Positions 48,626 to 62,260 of a stretch of 64,000 nt of DNA are shown here, one piece after another. A model generated the notes under the pieces. The model did not search any database. It was given only the letters and a program-made list of their open reading frames with translations, and had not been told where the DNA came from. The stretch is taken from contig BFEA01000024.1 in the NCBI GenBank assembly GCA_003427395.1, positions 5,530,721-5,594,720 on the forward strand. Direction: 5' to 3'. Positions within the stretch are counted from its first letter, which is position 1, and every line of letters begins with the position of its first letter. This DNA is from Chara braunii (taxonomy: Eukaryota; Plantae; Charophyceae). Made by a program: the position numbers and the translations under genes.

Positions 48626-51600
48626 GTGGAGTTAGCAGCTCCCTCCACTTATGCTGAATCAGATTCTGATCGATCTGATTCTGCATCTACCCTCACTGAT
48701 TCTATTGGAGTTGCTGCGTCAGGATCCTTTACTTGCATGGACCCTGACCTGGATGAGACATGGCAGGAAGATGATAGTCAGACTTTTGCTGATCTTTTCC
48801 TGTCTTTGCAGGAAAAGAAGAAGCACAAATCAGACCTCATCTTGCTGCGACCCTCTATCCTGGGAGCCAGGATCGAAGGCCTGTTAGACTGTGGAGCTAC
48901 CCGGGACTTCATCTCTCTCCCAAGGCTGTCAGCAAGCTGCATCTCGATGGGAGATTGGTGAAGATACAACAGCCACTGGAAGTCCGAATTGGGGACTCCT
49001 CCACAGTCCGGATTACCTCTGCTGTCAAAAACCTACCGGTTATATTTGACAAGCAGGAGAAGGTCAGGCAGCGCTTGAACTTCTATGTGTTTCCTAATGT
49101 GCCTTTTGATCTTGTGTTCTCCATGTTGTGGCTTGAGGCCACTAACCCTAGGATTGACTGGCAGATCCCTTGGGTAGAGCTTCCCGACTGTCGAGGGGAC
49201 TATCAGCCCTGTGTCCTGGCTGATGAGTACCATCCAATCATCAACTGCTATTGTATGAGGGCACACGAGTTTTTCCAGCTCTCTCGCCAGACTGCCCACA
49301 CACGTCTGTTCGTTGCATATGTGAAACAGACTAGTGTGGATGTTGCTCCTTGTCCCTCACCGATTCAGCAGGTTTTGGACTGGTATCCAAACTTGATGCA
49401 GGAGCCTACTGGACTTGTCCATAGGCAAACCCAGCACAGGATCGAGCTCCTGCCAGGTACGGTCCCTCCCAAGGGCCGTATCTACAGGATGTTGCCTGCT
49501 GAACTCGATGAGCTGAGGAGACAGCTTGAGACCCTGACCAGCAAGGGCTGGATCATACCCAACACATCTGAATTTGGGGCTTCAATTCTCTTTGTCCCAA
49601 AGGGGAATGGAGAATTCAGGATGTGTGTGGACTACAGGGGTCTCAACAAAATCACTAGGAAGTCTACAGAGCCCCTTCCTAGGATTGATGATTTGCTGGA
49701 CATGGTGCAGGGCTGCACAATCTTCAGCAAGATCGATCTCAAATCTGGCTAGCACCAGATTGAGATGGCTGAAGGCGACGTCCACAAGACTGCCTTCAAG
49801 ACCAGGTACGACACTTATGAGTACTTGGTCATGCCCTTCGGTCTTTGCAATGCCCTTGGCACATTCCAGACAGAGATGCATCGCATACTCAGGCCTTACC
49901 TGGACGGGTTTGTAGTTGTGTACCTGAATGATATCCTGGTATTCAGTCGATCTGTCGAGGAGCATGCGCAACATCTGGCTCTAGTTCTCCAGGCACTACA
50001 TGAGGCCCAGTATAAGATCAACAGAGAAAAGTCCTCCTTTGGAGTGACTTCTGTGACTTATCTGGACATGTAATCTCTGGGGAAGGGCTAGCTCCTGAAG
50101 CACCTAAGATTGTTGCCATTCAGGACTGGCCACAACCTACCACAGTGCGTGATGTCAGGTCATTCTTGGGCCTTGTATCATACTACAGGAAGTTCGTCAA
50201 AAACTTCTCTATGATCTCCTCCACTCATACCTTTGGGGAGAGTACCCGTCAGACCATTGCCCAGTTACTGCCACAAGACCCGACTTTTGGCCCGATTGTT
50301 AGGAATCTGCAGACTGATCCTGCCTCTGAACCAGGGTATATTCTGGTCTCAGATCTGCTGTATACTTGCAGCAGAGGAGAGGAGCGTCTGTGCATCCCTC
50401 AGGACCGCCAGCTGAGAACACTCATGATGTCTGAGTGTCATGATGCTCGCGGCCACTTTGGGGCCTTAAAGTCATTGGCAGCCCTGTCGCAACGGTTCTT
50501 CTGGCCTGAGATGAGGAAAGACCTGCTGCACTATGTTGAAACCTGTGAGCTGTGCCAAAGGAACAAGGTCGTTCGCCGGCCTCCCCTTGGCCTACTACAA
50601 CCACTTCCCATCCCTGAGGCACCTGCACATTCAGTGTCTATTGATTTCACTGATCTGGGAGGACTACCCCTCGTGGTATGCGTCAGGTTATGGTATGTGT
50701 GGACAGGTTCTCTAAGTATGCAGAGTTTATTCCTCTGCCAGAGGAAGCTAGAGTCCCGGCCGTGCGGGCGGCCTTTGCTGACAGGCGGGTTACTCACCAT
50801 GGACCACCCATCTCTATTGTCAGTGATAGAGATCCGCGATTCTGCAACAATGAATGGCAGTCCTACTGCAAGGGCTACCTTCATTCCAGGCTGAATATGA
50901 CATCTGGACATCATCCTGAAGCCAATGGGCAGGCTGAAGTGATGAACCAGTTTCTTTTTCAGTTGCTGCGTCCTGTGATCTGCGTCCTGTGATCAGCCCT
51001 GATCAACAGGATTGGGATCTCCATTTAGGACGAGCACAACTAGTGTACAACACCTCTGTACGCTCCTCCACAGGGTTCACCCCTTACCGGTTACACTGGG
51101 GACGTGAGCCACGACAGCCTCTCGATGACGTCATCGATAAGGCTACTCCCTGACTGACTCCTGGACTGCAGAGTTCACCAGACAGTACCAAAGGGATATC
51201 GAACGAGCCAGAGTTAACCTGCTCAAAGCCCAAAAGGCTATGATCCAGCAGTTTAACAAGCATCGTCGACCATCCCCCATTCGCGCTGGTGACTGGGTCT
51301 GGGTACTCAGTTCTGAGCTATCGAGGGAGGAGGACATTTCGCCTCAGCTGTTGCCGCGTTACTTGGGTCCATGGCAAGTTTTAGATACAGTGGGGGCAGA
51401 CCCTTTCAGGCCATCCTATCATGTAGATGTCCCACTGCATCTACAAACCTACCCTGTCTTTCATGCATCTAAGTTGTTGCCTTTTACGTCGGCTGATGCA
51501 TTTCCAGGCAGACCTCCACAATTTGGTCCCGCGATCCCTAGGAAGGGATATGAGATGGAAGAAGTTGTGGATGAGTATGGTACAGGCCCGGATAAGGAGT

Positions 51601-51764
51601 ACCTTGTGAAGTTCCTCTACCAGCCCCATACAGAGGACCGCTGGTTTACCCGCAAGGAACTTTTGAAAACAGCAAAGTCGGTTATCCTCAAATATGAGGC
51701 TGCTCAGAAGGGAGAGCCCCTTCGACGCTCTTCTGAGGTTATTCAGGGAAAACGATGCTCTTAG
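48626..51764 (+). pseudogene. pol: Chromovirus pol (PR-RT-[RH deleted]-IN-chromodomain)
   Basis: RMCVDYRGLNK, LPRIDDLLD, MPFGLCNA, YLND (YxDD mutated), ECHDARGHFG..CELC, SIDF, SDRDPRF, NGQAE, YLGPW, YEMEEVV..EYLVKFLYQPHTEDRW; stops and frameshifts. Confidence 0.93.
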
Positions 51765-52779
51765 TTTAATAAACAGTTATAATACTGTGTTTGAGTTGTC
51801 ATCTCTTCATTGATTTCTGGCTGTGATCACTCGGTTGTCNNNNNNNNNNNNNNNNNNNNNNNNNNNNNNNNNNNNNNNNNNNNNNNNNNNNNNNNNNNNN
51901 NNNNNNNNNNNNNNNNNNNNNNNNNNNNNNNNNNNNNNNNNNNNNNNNNNNNNNNNNNNNNNNNNNNNNNNNNNNNNNNNNNNNNNNNNNNNNNNNNNNN
52001 NNNNNNNNNNNNNNNNNNNNNNNNNNNNNNNNNNNNNNNNNNNNNNNNNNNNNNNNNNNNNNNNNNNNNNNNNNNNNNNNNNNNNNNNNNNNNNNNNNNN
52101 NNNNNNNNNNNNNNNNNNNNNNNNNNNNNNNNNNNNNNNNNNNNNNNNNNNNNNNNNNNNNNNNNNNNNNNNNNNNNNNNNNNNNNNNNNNNNNNNNNNN
52201 NNNNNNNNNNNNNNNNNNNNNNNNNNNNNNNNNNNNNNNNNNNNNNNNNNNNNNNNNNNNNNNNNNNNNNNNNNNNNNNNNNNNNNNNNNNNNNNNNNNN
52301 NNNNNNNNNNNNNNNNNNNNNNNNNNNNNNNNNNNNNNNNNNNNNNNNNNNNNNNNNNNNNNNNNNNNNNNNNNNNNNNNNNNNNNNNNNNNNNNNNNNN
52401 NNNNNNNNNNNNNNNNNNNNNNNNNNNNNNNNNNNNNNNNNNNNNNNNNNNNNNNNNNNNNNNNNNNNNNNNNNNNNNNNNNNNNNNNNNNNNNNNNNNN
52501 NNNNNNNNNNNNNNNNNNNNNNNNNNNNNNNNNNNNNNNNNNNNNNNNNNNNNNNNNNNNNNNNNNNNNNNNNNNNNNNNNNNNNNNNNNNNNNNNNNNN
52601 NNNNNNNNNNNNNNNNNNNNNNNNNNNNNNNNNNNNNNNNNNNNNNNNNNNNNNNNNNNNNNNNNNNNNNNNNNNNNNNNNNNNNNNNNNNNNNNNNNNN
52701 NNNNNNNNNNNNNNNNNNNNNNNNNNNNNNNNNNNAATGATTGTTGGGATTTGTGTGGAGAGAATTCACTGGGTTGTGT

Positions 52780-52817
52780 CTGTCTCTTATACACATCTAG
52801 ATGTGTATAAGAGACAG
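52780..52817. other. Nextera mate-pair junction adapter (artefact)
   Basis: Exact 38-bp junction sequence. Confidence 0.98.
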
Positions 52818-52903
52818 CCCCAACCCCCCCCGGCTTGGCTAACCTCTGGCTACTGTCACACTTCTGGCCACTCGTTCTGCAGTTCACCTGTTCCAGAGAG
52901 GAC

Positions 52904-53290
52904 TTAAAGTCGGCCTGACCTGCAAGAGATGCAGCTGGGCCTAATATGAGTCCACCACGCATCTGTATGGTATGACTGCCCTGCTTCGAAAAGAGATGCA
53001 GCTGGGCCTGACCTGCAAGAGATGCAGCTTCGAAAAGGATTTGGGATTGGTGGCACAACTTCTGGGTTGCAATTTGTTGGCAATTCTGTCTTGGGATCGG
53101 GACTGGGTTCTTCTTCTGGGAGGCATTGCGGGCGATTTGGAGCTAAAGAAAGTTCGGGGGTATGTTGGCGTAGTGGGTTGCAAAATTGCTGGCAATTGTC
53201 TGTCTTGGGATCGGGACTGGGTTCTTCTTCTGGGAGGCATTCCGGGCCATTTGGAGCTAAAGAAAGGTTGGGGGTATGCCGCTCAAGCGG
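52904..53290 (-). repeat. Short coding-like tandem duplications (a ~120-bp pair and a ~35-bp set) in an unidentified degenerate ORF
   Basis: CLPEEEPSPDPKT x2 and SCISCRSG x2 in ORF 52904-53362. Confidence 0.6.
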
Positions 53291-56200
53291 CACGTGCGGC
53301 GGGTTGTAATGTGATTTGCAAAGAAGGAAACACTCGAATCTTTGAGAACAGGGAGATGACAAACAAAGAGATCAGATTTTTGTTCAGATCCTCCTTCCGA
53401 AAAGGAGAATCTTTCAGGCGGATTGGCGCAGAAAAGGCGGAGGATCTTCCAATTGCTGGTTTGGGAACACCTGGGCCATGCATGGGGGGAGAACTGGTGA
53501 AAGTGGAAGACGGGAGGCTGACTCTGGAAGACAAATGGTATTAGTGGTCAAGTAGGTCTGGGGAACTTCGGTTGTGGTCAGGTGGGGTCTTGGAGTGGCA
53601 GTCTACGGTGTTACATACTTAGTCCGCCTGTTGTTTTTAGTAGACGTCCGGTTCAATTCTATTTTTAGAGGGGAAGGTTAGTTTGGGTGTCTGGTTTGTT
53701 TTGGAGTTGGGGCTTGCAGCGCCTTCCTTTTCCCCATACCTGGTTGCTCGGTTCGTTATCCGCAGGAGGATGGCAGTTAGGACAATTCGTGTGGAAGGAG
53801 CGCATGGTGGGTTACTTGGGTCCTGGTGGGACCTGCTGTCGCATTAGACAGCCTTAATTAGTAGGAGTATTGGCATCGGAGATCAGTTAGTGAGTAGATA
53901 GTCGTGGGCTTCTGGAGTAAGTTGGTATCTGGTTTTCCTTTTCCTTGGGTTTGTTTGGAGTTATGGCATGCTGCTCTTTTTATTTCCAGGAGAGAGGTTT
54001 CAGGACAGCAGCCCAATTTTGGCTGTTTCTGTGACCAGATCTTCCTCACTCCTGCACTGTGCGTGAGGTGATCAGGGCTCCTCCTATAAGTGAAATGGCT
54101 AATTATGCTGCCAAGATAACTCTGGGTTGAATTGTGGGGGGTCCCTGGCCCCGATTTGACCTGTTTACTAAAGATGGGTTGTTAAAAAAAAAAAAGAAAA
54201 AGGAAGAGACCTGTGGCTGTCAGATCGTCAATCGATCCAATGAAACAACCGAAAAAGCGCAGGCCGAAAAAAGAGAAGAAAAAATAAGAAAGAAAAAGTG
54301 TGGGCCTCCTGGTAACCCCAGTGAGCTTGTAAAGGTTCGGTTAGTGGTGGTGGTTTAAACCACCAGTGCACGGCCCCAGAGCCTTGCAGTCCAAAACTAG
54401 TCACCAAAAGAAAGGAGGCCGGACCGTCAAACGCTGGGCCAGCCGTCGATAAGTTGGATCGGCTGTCGCGTTTTCGTTTCGCGCTTCCAGAATTCGAGGT
54501 GTCAGGCTCGCGGCTCAGGTGCCCATGTACTGGTGCTTTAAGAGGATCTTTCCACTGCACTCTGAAAGGAAGCAACTCTGACCGTAGATTCCTTACAGCG
54601 ACGGCTGTGATACTGTAACGGCATGCAAAAGTGAAAATTTAACTGCAGTAGAACAAAACACTAGTGGCTGGATGGATGGTGGCTGTCAGGAACGTTGGGG
54701 AGGGGAGGCTCTCTTGAGGATTAGGTCGACGAACAGGATGTCAAGGAATCCTGCTCTCTCTCTCTCTCTCTGTTTCTCTGTTTCTCTCTCTCTTGAACCC
54801 ACCTTCTGCGTGTCTTTGACAGATGCATCCAATTGTTGAAGCAAGCGCTTCTTAGATGATATGGGAGCGTTTCCCCTCTGAACACAATGCACCCTCAACA
54901 TGACTGAATCCCACCGGAAAGGAAGCTTGTATACATTGACGATCAGGGTGCTTTCTCTACGGGACAAGATGGTAGTTTCTCTCTGTTCATTATCGTGTTT
55001 GATATCTGAGAGGGTCTTAATTATCCGGTGTTGATGCTACGCACCCATCTGGTAGATGGCCATCCGTCTGATTGATCTAGTCGGCTGATCTGGTGAATCA
55101 ATCAATCAATCAATCAATCAATTAATCAATTAATCAATTAACCAATCAAGTAATCAATCAATCAACCAATCAGTCAATCAGTTGAACAGTCAATCAATCG
55201 ATAAGTACGCCGGGGGCAATTGACAGAGATGACATCAATGGTGTTGATGCCAACAGCTTACCTGCCTTCTTCACCTTTTCTCCCCACCGTAGGTCATGTC
55301 AGAACAATAATGAACTAATGACGTGTAGCAGCCGCCTCCAGAGAGTCGACCATCTTCACTGGTTAGGCCATGACCTAGATGGGACCATTATTGACTGTGG
55401 CTGTTACATGGCATTGCCTCTCGGGCTGGACTGGTTATGCCACGTCAGAAAAAAACAGTGAGCCACCATTTGCTCACTAATTCTTGAAATATGCCCCCCA
55501 ACCCTTTCTCCATTTTTGCCTGGCTTGCTTCTGCTTGTCAGCCTGCCGGCCTCCATGTTTTCCTGCATGCCTGTTTCTCTCTGTAGGTTTTGTCCTTACN
55601 NNNNNNNNNNNNNNNNNNNNNNNNNNNNNNNNNNNNNNNNNNNNNNNNNNNNNNNNNNNNNNNNNNNNNNNNNNNNNNNNNNNNNNNNNNNNNNNNNNNN
55701 NNNNNNNNNNNNNNNNNNNNNNNNNNNNNNNNNNNNNNNNNNNNNNNNNNNNNNNNNNNNNNNNNNNNNNNNNNNNNNNNNNNNNNNNNNNNNNNNNNNN
55801 NNNNNNNNNNNNNNNNNNNNNNNNNNNNNNNNNNNNNNNNNNNNNNNNNNNNNNNNNNNNNNNNNNNNNNNNNNNNNNNNNNNNNNNNNNNNNNNNNNNN
55901 NNNNNNNNNNNNNNNNNNNNNNNNNNNNNNNNNNNNNNNNNNNNNNNNNNNNNNNNNNNNNNNNNNNNNNNNNNNNNNNNNNNNNNNNNNNNNNNNNNNN
56001 NNNNNNNNNNNNNNNNNNNNNNNNNNNNNNNNNNNNNNNNNNNNNNNNNNNNNNNNNNNNNNNNNNNNNNNNNNNNNNNNNNNNNNNNNNNNNNNNNNNN
56101 NNNNNNNNNNNNNNNNNNNNNNNNNNNNNNNNNNNNNNNNNNNNNNNNNNNNNNNNNNNNNNNNNNNNNNNNNNNNNNNNNNNNNNNNNNNNNNNNNNNN

Positions 56201-56819
56201 NNNNNNNNNNNNNNNNNNNNNNNNNNNNNNNNNNNNNNNNNNNNNNNNNNNNNNNNNNNNNNNNNNNNNNNNNNNNNNNNNNNNNNNNNNNNNNNNNNNN
56301 NNNNNNNNNNNNNNNNNNNNNNNNNNNNNNNNNNNNNNNNNNNNNNNNNNNNNNNNNNNNNNNNNNNNNNNNNNNNNNNNNNNNNNNNNNNNNNNNNNNN
56401 NNNNNNNNNNNNNNNNNNNNNNNNNNNNNNNNNNNNNNNNNNNNNNNNNNNNNNNNNNNNNNNNNNNATTCACACTCCAAATCATATGCACCATGAGAAT
56501 TCACACAGAAATCCACACTGAAGTCCAGAGATGGAGAGACCAGATTAGCGCAGCTTGGAAATTCTCAATGAGTGATCATATTATACAAAATTCGAGTTCG
56601 AGTCACTTAACGCTCAACAGCGCGATAGCCAGCAGCTTCAATCAGGTATGTAACAGAGTTCATTCCCCGTGTAGCTCTCTCTCTCTCTCTCACTTGTATC
56701 ACACAGCCTTACTGTCTTCCCCTCTCTCTCTCTCTCCTCCCTCTCTCTCTCTCTCTCTTGGACTGTCAACCTCTTCTACTATGAGGATCATTCCCTGGAT
56801 ACATCCGCCTCCTACTCAT

Positions 56820-56822
56820 GCT

Positions 56823-56865
<43 letters not shown>

Positions 56866-56950
56866 AACTACTACTATTACTACTACCACCACTACTGCTA
56901 CTACTACTACTACTACTACTACTACTCCTACTCCTACTCCTACTAGTACT
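56820..56950. repeat. (CTA)n microsatellite
   Basis: Read directly from the sequence. Confidence 0.95.
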
Positions 56951-58673
56951 ATTAAACGGTTTTCACCTTTTGCAGACAGATGCGGATCCCAGGGCTCGAT
57001 CCCCAGACCTCACCTTACCTTACCTTACCTGTGTACAGTATCAAGTCGACCCTGTGAGTCTTGAACCCGTGACCTGTGTGTTAGTAGTTGAAAGTTGTCT
57101 GTCGTAGGTCTGAGTAGTTGTCGGGTCTTGAACCTTAGACCTGTCGAAGTAGGGGTCATACCTGCATAGGGGTCATAATTATTGAAGTTCTGAAAGGTCA
57201 AGGTCGTAGTTGCTACAGTCCTGAAAGGTCAAGGTCGTAGCTGCTACAGTTCTGAAAGGCCAAGTCCGCAAACTTCTGGAAGGCCCGGAAGTGGCCTTTC
57301 AAGTTTCTTCTCACGTTATACACAGTAGGCCAGAGGCAAGTGGGCAAGTGGTGAGTTCAACTTCACTTAGTCAGTGGTACCCAGTCCCAGTCTCACTTTG
57401 TACAGTCAGCAAGTACCATGAGGGACTGTGTGCACCATGGGCCCGGTGGAAAAGGGAAGACCAACGACTTACTGAAGTATGAATCAAGAGGCAGCGTCCA
57501 GCCATTCATTCATTCCTGCGTGAGCCATGCGGAAGCGCTGCCCGAGCGTCTTGTGCGAGGTGGTCTGCAGATGCCCGAGGTCGAAGTGGGCTTTAAGAAG
57601 TCAGTGCGCCATAGTTAGTAGTAGCCGGCGGCCATAGCTGCCATAGCTAGTGTTAGGTGTTAGTGTGTGTGTACGTGTGTGTGATACAGTGAATGTGTGT
57701 GGGGTATTCAGGGTGATCCAGAGTTGAGTATGTGCGAACAGTAGTGTTGGACACAGTGACGAGAGTTGGCATGTACAGGCGCCGATGCGCCATAGCTTGT
57801 TGAAGGGAGTTTGCATCTAAACTGTGCTCTCGGTTTCCATAAGAAAAAGTAAAAAAAGATTCTGCACTGCATGGAATCCCAAGCCCAGGCATATCCTTCC
57901 GAGTCTTGAACGGGCTATGATGAGCCCCTATTTCCATTTGCGAGGAAGATGATAGCTTGTCTTGGGGGCTAGCGATTGGCAAACTTCTGTGGGTTATTTT
58001 GGACCAGGGTTGGCCATTTCAGGTCCCTTTGGACCCCTTCAGGCGCCTTTCAGACTCGGAAGGGGCTTGTTCAGTACTTGTGTGTTTCTTCTTGTTTTCC
58101 TTTGTTGTATTGCCAAGGGGGGACAAGCTCCGAGCGGATCCGAACTCTTTGTCTGTTTCCCAACAGTTGCATATATGTAGCATTCAGCCACAGGCAGGTA
58201 CTCACTGTCCCTTGTGTTATTTTTTGAGCGGGAGGGGGGGCCGGGGGTGCGGGTGAGGGGAGCTGGAAGTGGGTGGAGGGGGATGCAGTGGCGCCTGGGG
58301 ATATTTTTGCTCGGTTGAGGTTGGGGGGCATTTGGGCTCTAGGAAACCCAGCATTGCTGACCTGTCTCGCTAGCTGCTAGTCTTTTCTCCCCCTGGATGG
58401 ACACTTTTTGTAGAGGGTAGAGGGGACTCTCACTCATTCATCAATCTGCCTGTTCACGGCAATATGTGGTTGGGTGGATCACGAGTACAGAGCAATATAG
58501 TGACATTGAAGACGGAGAGTCCAGAGCTGAGGTCCCTGTTTCTATGCATCGTACACATGGAACTTGATTTGGTGTTGATTGACAAATTGTTAGCAGTCAG
58601 GACGTCCTGAATGTACACACAGGAATCCAAGAGGAAATTTCACTCTTCTAACTGTAGGGGCGCGCGCGCGCGC

Positions 58674-58745
<72 letters not shown>

Positions 58746-61593
58746 AGATTATGATATCAGGAAAGCTCTGGAGGTATGCTGGGTAGATACACGATCGACT
58801 TTAAACCGGTTTGTGTGTCTTTGACGGTTTCCGTTAGGCTCTGACTGTGCTTGCTGAGTTTTGACGTGTATTTGTGATATTGTCACTATGTGCCTGCGGT
58901 TGTGTTCCTATGCTCCTCCCCCTGCAGGTTGGGCGACGATGCAATGGCAGCAGCAAGTGGACAGGTGGTGGTTGGAACGGACAGCAAGTGCGTGAGTCGA
59001 CCTGATACTCTCTCATCGACTCTGTATTGCCTTGAAATTGCTACATCTGCGATGTATGTAGATATTTGGCAGCATTCTTTCTTTCGTTTTTTTCTTTTGC
59101 TTGGCAGCATTGTTTTTCATATATTGGCGCATCTACAAACTTTGTACGTGTGCCGTGTATGGTTGAACAAATTTCACTGATGCCCTCTCCATGGATGAGG
59201 TATTGTCCAGTTTTATGCTCCTAATCCGGTTCTTCCCCCTCCACGCTCCCTTATTTGCACTCTCTTCATGGATGTTACTTTTTGCCTTCCTTATTATACC
59301 CCTTATCTCTCATGGACAGTTTTTCTAGTCCTCCAGGTGGCGTTATCATTTCCTCCTCCCCATCCTCCTCATACTCCTCCTCCTATTTGTCCTCCTCGTC
59401 CTTCTTTCCCCAGTGGTAAACTCGTTTGGTTGTGTTGGTAATGAATCCCTTACTTTTGCACACACTTCATTTGGTTCCCTTTGTCAAACCGCCAATACAC
59501 CCGGGCTGGAGTCGCTGCACTGCGCGCCAAGCTTTTCCGAACCACCAGCGGGCGCGCTTTTTTCTTTTTTGGCTGGCGCTGCCAGCCATTGCTGTCCGGT
59601 AGGCCCGAGGCGCAAAATTTTCAGAGTAGGTGACAACACTGACAAACAAATTCCCACAAGGCTGGGGCTGTGTACTAGTGGTTTGAAGAGCGCTGCCTCT
59701 TTCTGGTTGTCTACCTCCGGTGGTTGCATGGTTTGGACTTCTCTTGGCCATTTTCCAATTTTCCAGTCCTTTTTGAGTTTCTTTTTTTCACAACTCCGCT
59801 TCCTGNNNNNNNNNNNNNNNNNNNNNNNNNNNNNNNNNNNNNNNNNNNNNNNNNNNNNNNNNNNNNNNNNNNNNNNNNNNNNNNNNNNNNNNNNNNNNNN
59901 NNNNNNNNNNNNNNNNNNNNNNNNNNNNNNNNNNNNNNNNNNNNNNNNNNNNNNNNNNNNNNNNNNNNNNNNNNNNNNNNNNNNNNNNNNNNNNNNNNNN
60001 NNNNNNNNNNNNNNNNNNNNNNNNNNNNNNNNNNNNNNNNNNNNNNNNNNNCCCTCCCCCTCCCTCCCCCTCCCTCCTCATTCTTCCTTCACCTCTGCCC
60101 TCTCTTGGCCTCTCCCTCTTACCCTCCTTTTCCTCTCCTTCCCTCGCTCTCCCTTTACCCAGTTGGCTATTATGGCGCACATGCAGCCATGCAAATCGGA
60201 GCACCTCTCATTCTCTATCACTCTGTGTATGACACGATCCGCTGGATCGTGAGTGGCAGGCTTTTTTTGTTTTTACACTTAAAGCCACTGTTGCACACCC
60301 CGACGGTCGGTGGGCCTTGACTGGTCGGCTGCCAACCAGCCGACCGGTCAGCTGGTCGGCACCTGCCTGTCGGGGGTCGTCAGCACCCCGCACAATTTTT
60401 TTATGTTTTGTCTTTTGTGCAAGTGGTGACGAGTGGAGCCAGGCCCTTAGGGGCACTGCTCGTAGGAGAAGGAAGACAAAAGAAAGAAAGAGAGAGCTAC
60501 GACAGTAAGTAGTTGTAGCCCATAACTGCTGGAACACAGACCTGAATTCGGATCCAGAAGATATATTGCTGGCGTGCTCCTTGCTCATCCGAAATTCGTC
60601 GAGAATCTCCGCTGAGATGTCAGAGCCCTGCAGATCCTCTTCTGGGGGCCGTTCAGAAAAAAAGCTATATTCAATGAGGAATACGGGGCCCTAATTTCTT
60701 TTACTCTGCCCTTGAAATCTGTAGAAGTGAGGGGCACCTCTGGCTACCTCAGCCACCACCAATACCCCTATACACCCCCTCAACACCTCCAAACCGCCCC
60801 CCAACACCTCCAAACTGCAGCCCTGTGGAGGAAGAAGGCGGGTTGGCCCTCCCCCTCGGATATGGTGGAGAGGACCAAGGAGGAGATTCCGGGGGAGTAG
60901 GAGGACGAGGAGTAGACTGTGAGCAAGGAGGAGACTAACAAGGGAACTTACCTGGCTATGGTGTTCTGCATCTTCATCTTGTTGGTTGGCGCTGCACCTG
61001 GAAGGCCCCATTTGGGGTTGGCACCTACAAGGAAGACTTTGGGGGTATTGCTAGGCTTGGTGGCCATAGTAGGAGGGACACATTAGCTTTGCTTTGTCCT
61101 CTGAATATCGAAGCTTCACTCCAATAGTCCACCATAGCCACCTGCTCCGCCAAGTAGGAGGAAGGTGTATGACATGGCTATGGTGGACCTCTTGAGTGGC
61201 TGGCAGTAAGGGGAGGATTTGGACATTGGTTCTGGTTCATTCTTTCATCGTTATTATTATTATTCTAATGAAGAGTTGGGGGAGTAATTGGAGATGGTGG
61301 CGAGATGAAGGGGGATTGACATTGGTCATTGCTGGTGTTCATCTTCTTCTTCGTCCTCTTCTTTCATTCTTATTTCTTATTCTTCCTTTGTCTATTTCTC
61401 TTTCCAAGTTCTTTCATTTCAGTTGCCGTTGAATGGCAGCATGTTTTCGACGTGTTTCATGAATCACTGCTTGTTCACATGAGAATGGTGAAGTCGATCG
61501 TGGCCTGCTTTACATGCTGCTGTCCCACTTCAACCCAAAAAGGCCGGCCTTTTTGGGTGAAGTGGTCCCCAAAAAAGGCCTTTTTCTTTGGGT

Positions 61594-61718
61594 ATCAGCT
61601 CGTGCTGATTACGCCCCTGCCCCTTGTACACACCGCCCGTCGCCCTACCGATTGAATGGTCCAGTGAAGTGTCTGGACCACTGTGCTGGGGGTGGTGTGC
61701 GAAGTTCATTGAACCTTG

Positions 61719-61751
<33 letters not shown>

Positions 61752-61784
61752 TTTTCCGTAGGTGATCCTGTGGAAGGATCATTG
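61594..61784 (+). pseudogene. 18S rRNA: Degenerate 3'-terminal fragment of eukaryotic 18S rRNA followed by an A-rich tail
   Basis: TGTACACACCGCCCGTCGC, TTTAGAGGAAGGAGAAGTCGTAACAAG and GGAAGGATCATTG (the exact 18S 3' end), with substitutions in conserved positions. No ITS1 or 5.8S follows. Confidence 0.92.
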
Positions 61785-62173
61785 CAAAAAAAAGAAAAAA
61801 GAAAAAAAGTTGGTTTCCGAAAGGCGTTTTGCGCCCCGCAAATGGCCTTTTGGTCCCACTGAAAAGCCTTTTGGGACCACCAAGGCAAACAAGTTGGAGC
61901 TCTGCCATCAGGGGCATGAACAAAGCCTTCAGGAAGTAGTCAAACAGCAGGAAAACAATCAACAGAGATCAGCATTGAATGATTGAACTGTTTTTTGCTA
62001 TCGCAGATAAACAATCATCAGGAAACAATCAAGTTGAATCAACAGAGATTACATTTTGTTTGCCTGCAGGACACACTGGTTTTCGGTAATTCATTCAGGC
62101 TAGTTTGATGGATTCACAAACTCCTTTCTCAAGGAAAAAAAATGTTTGCCTGCAGCACGCACTGGTTTTCAGT

Positions 62174-62260
62174 ACGCCCGGTCATTATCGAAGTATCTGG
62201 ATGGAAAGTTGCCCCAAATACAACTATAATGACCGGGCATTCTATTCGGGTGAAGACAAT
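62174..62260. mobile_element. Partial copy of the ~105-bp MITE
   Basis: Matches 41003-41089. Confidence 0.6.

Larger units (their letters stand above)
46939..52779 (+). mobile_element. Decayed chromovirus (Ty3/Gypsy with chromodomain integrase); gag and RNase H deleted
   Basis: LTR plus PBS, then protease (LLDCGAT), RT (VYLNDIL), integrase and chromodomain. The 3' end lies in a gap. Confidence 0.9.

Noticed and set aside
51799-57107. Long ORFs of 300-500 aa in the ORF track
   Set aside because: They consist mostly of N gaps or microsatellite translations (poly-L, ER/LS repeats).
61594-61784. Functional rDNA unit
   Set aside because: Only the last ~190 nt are present, conserved positions are mutated, and there is no ITS, 5.8S or 28S.
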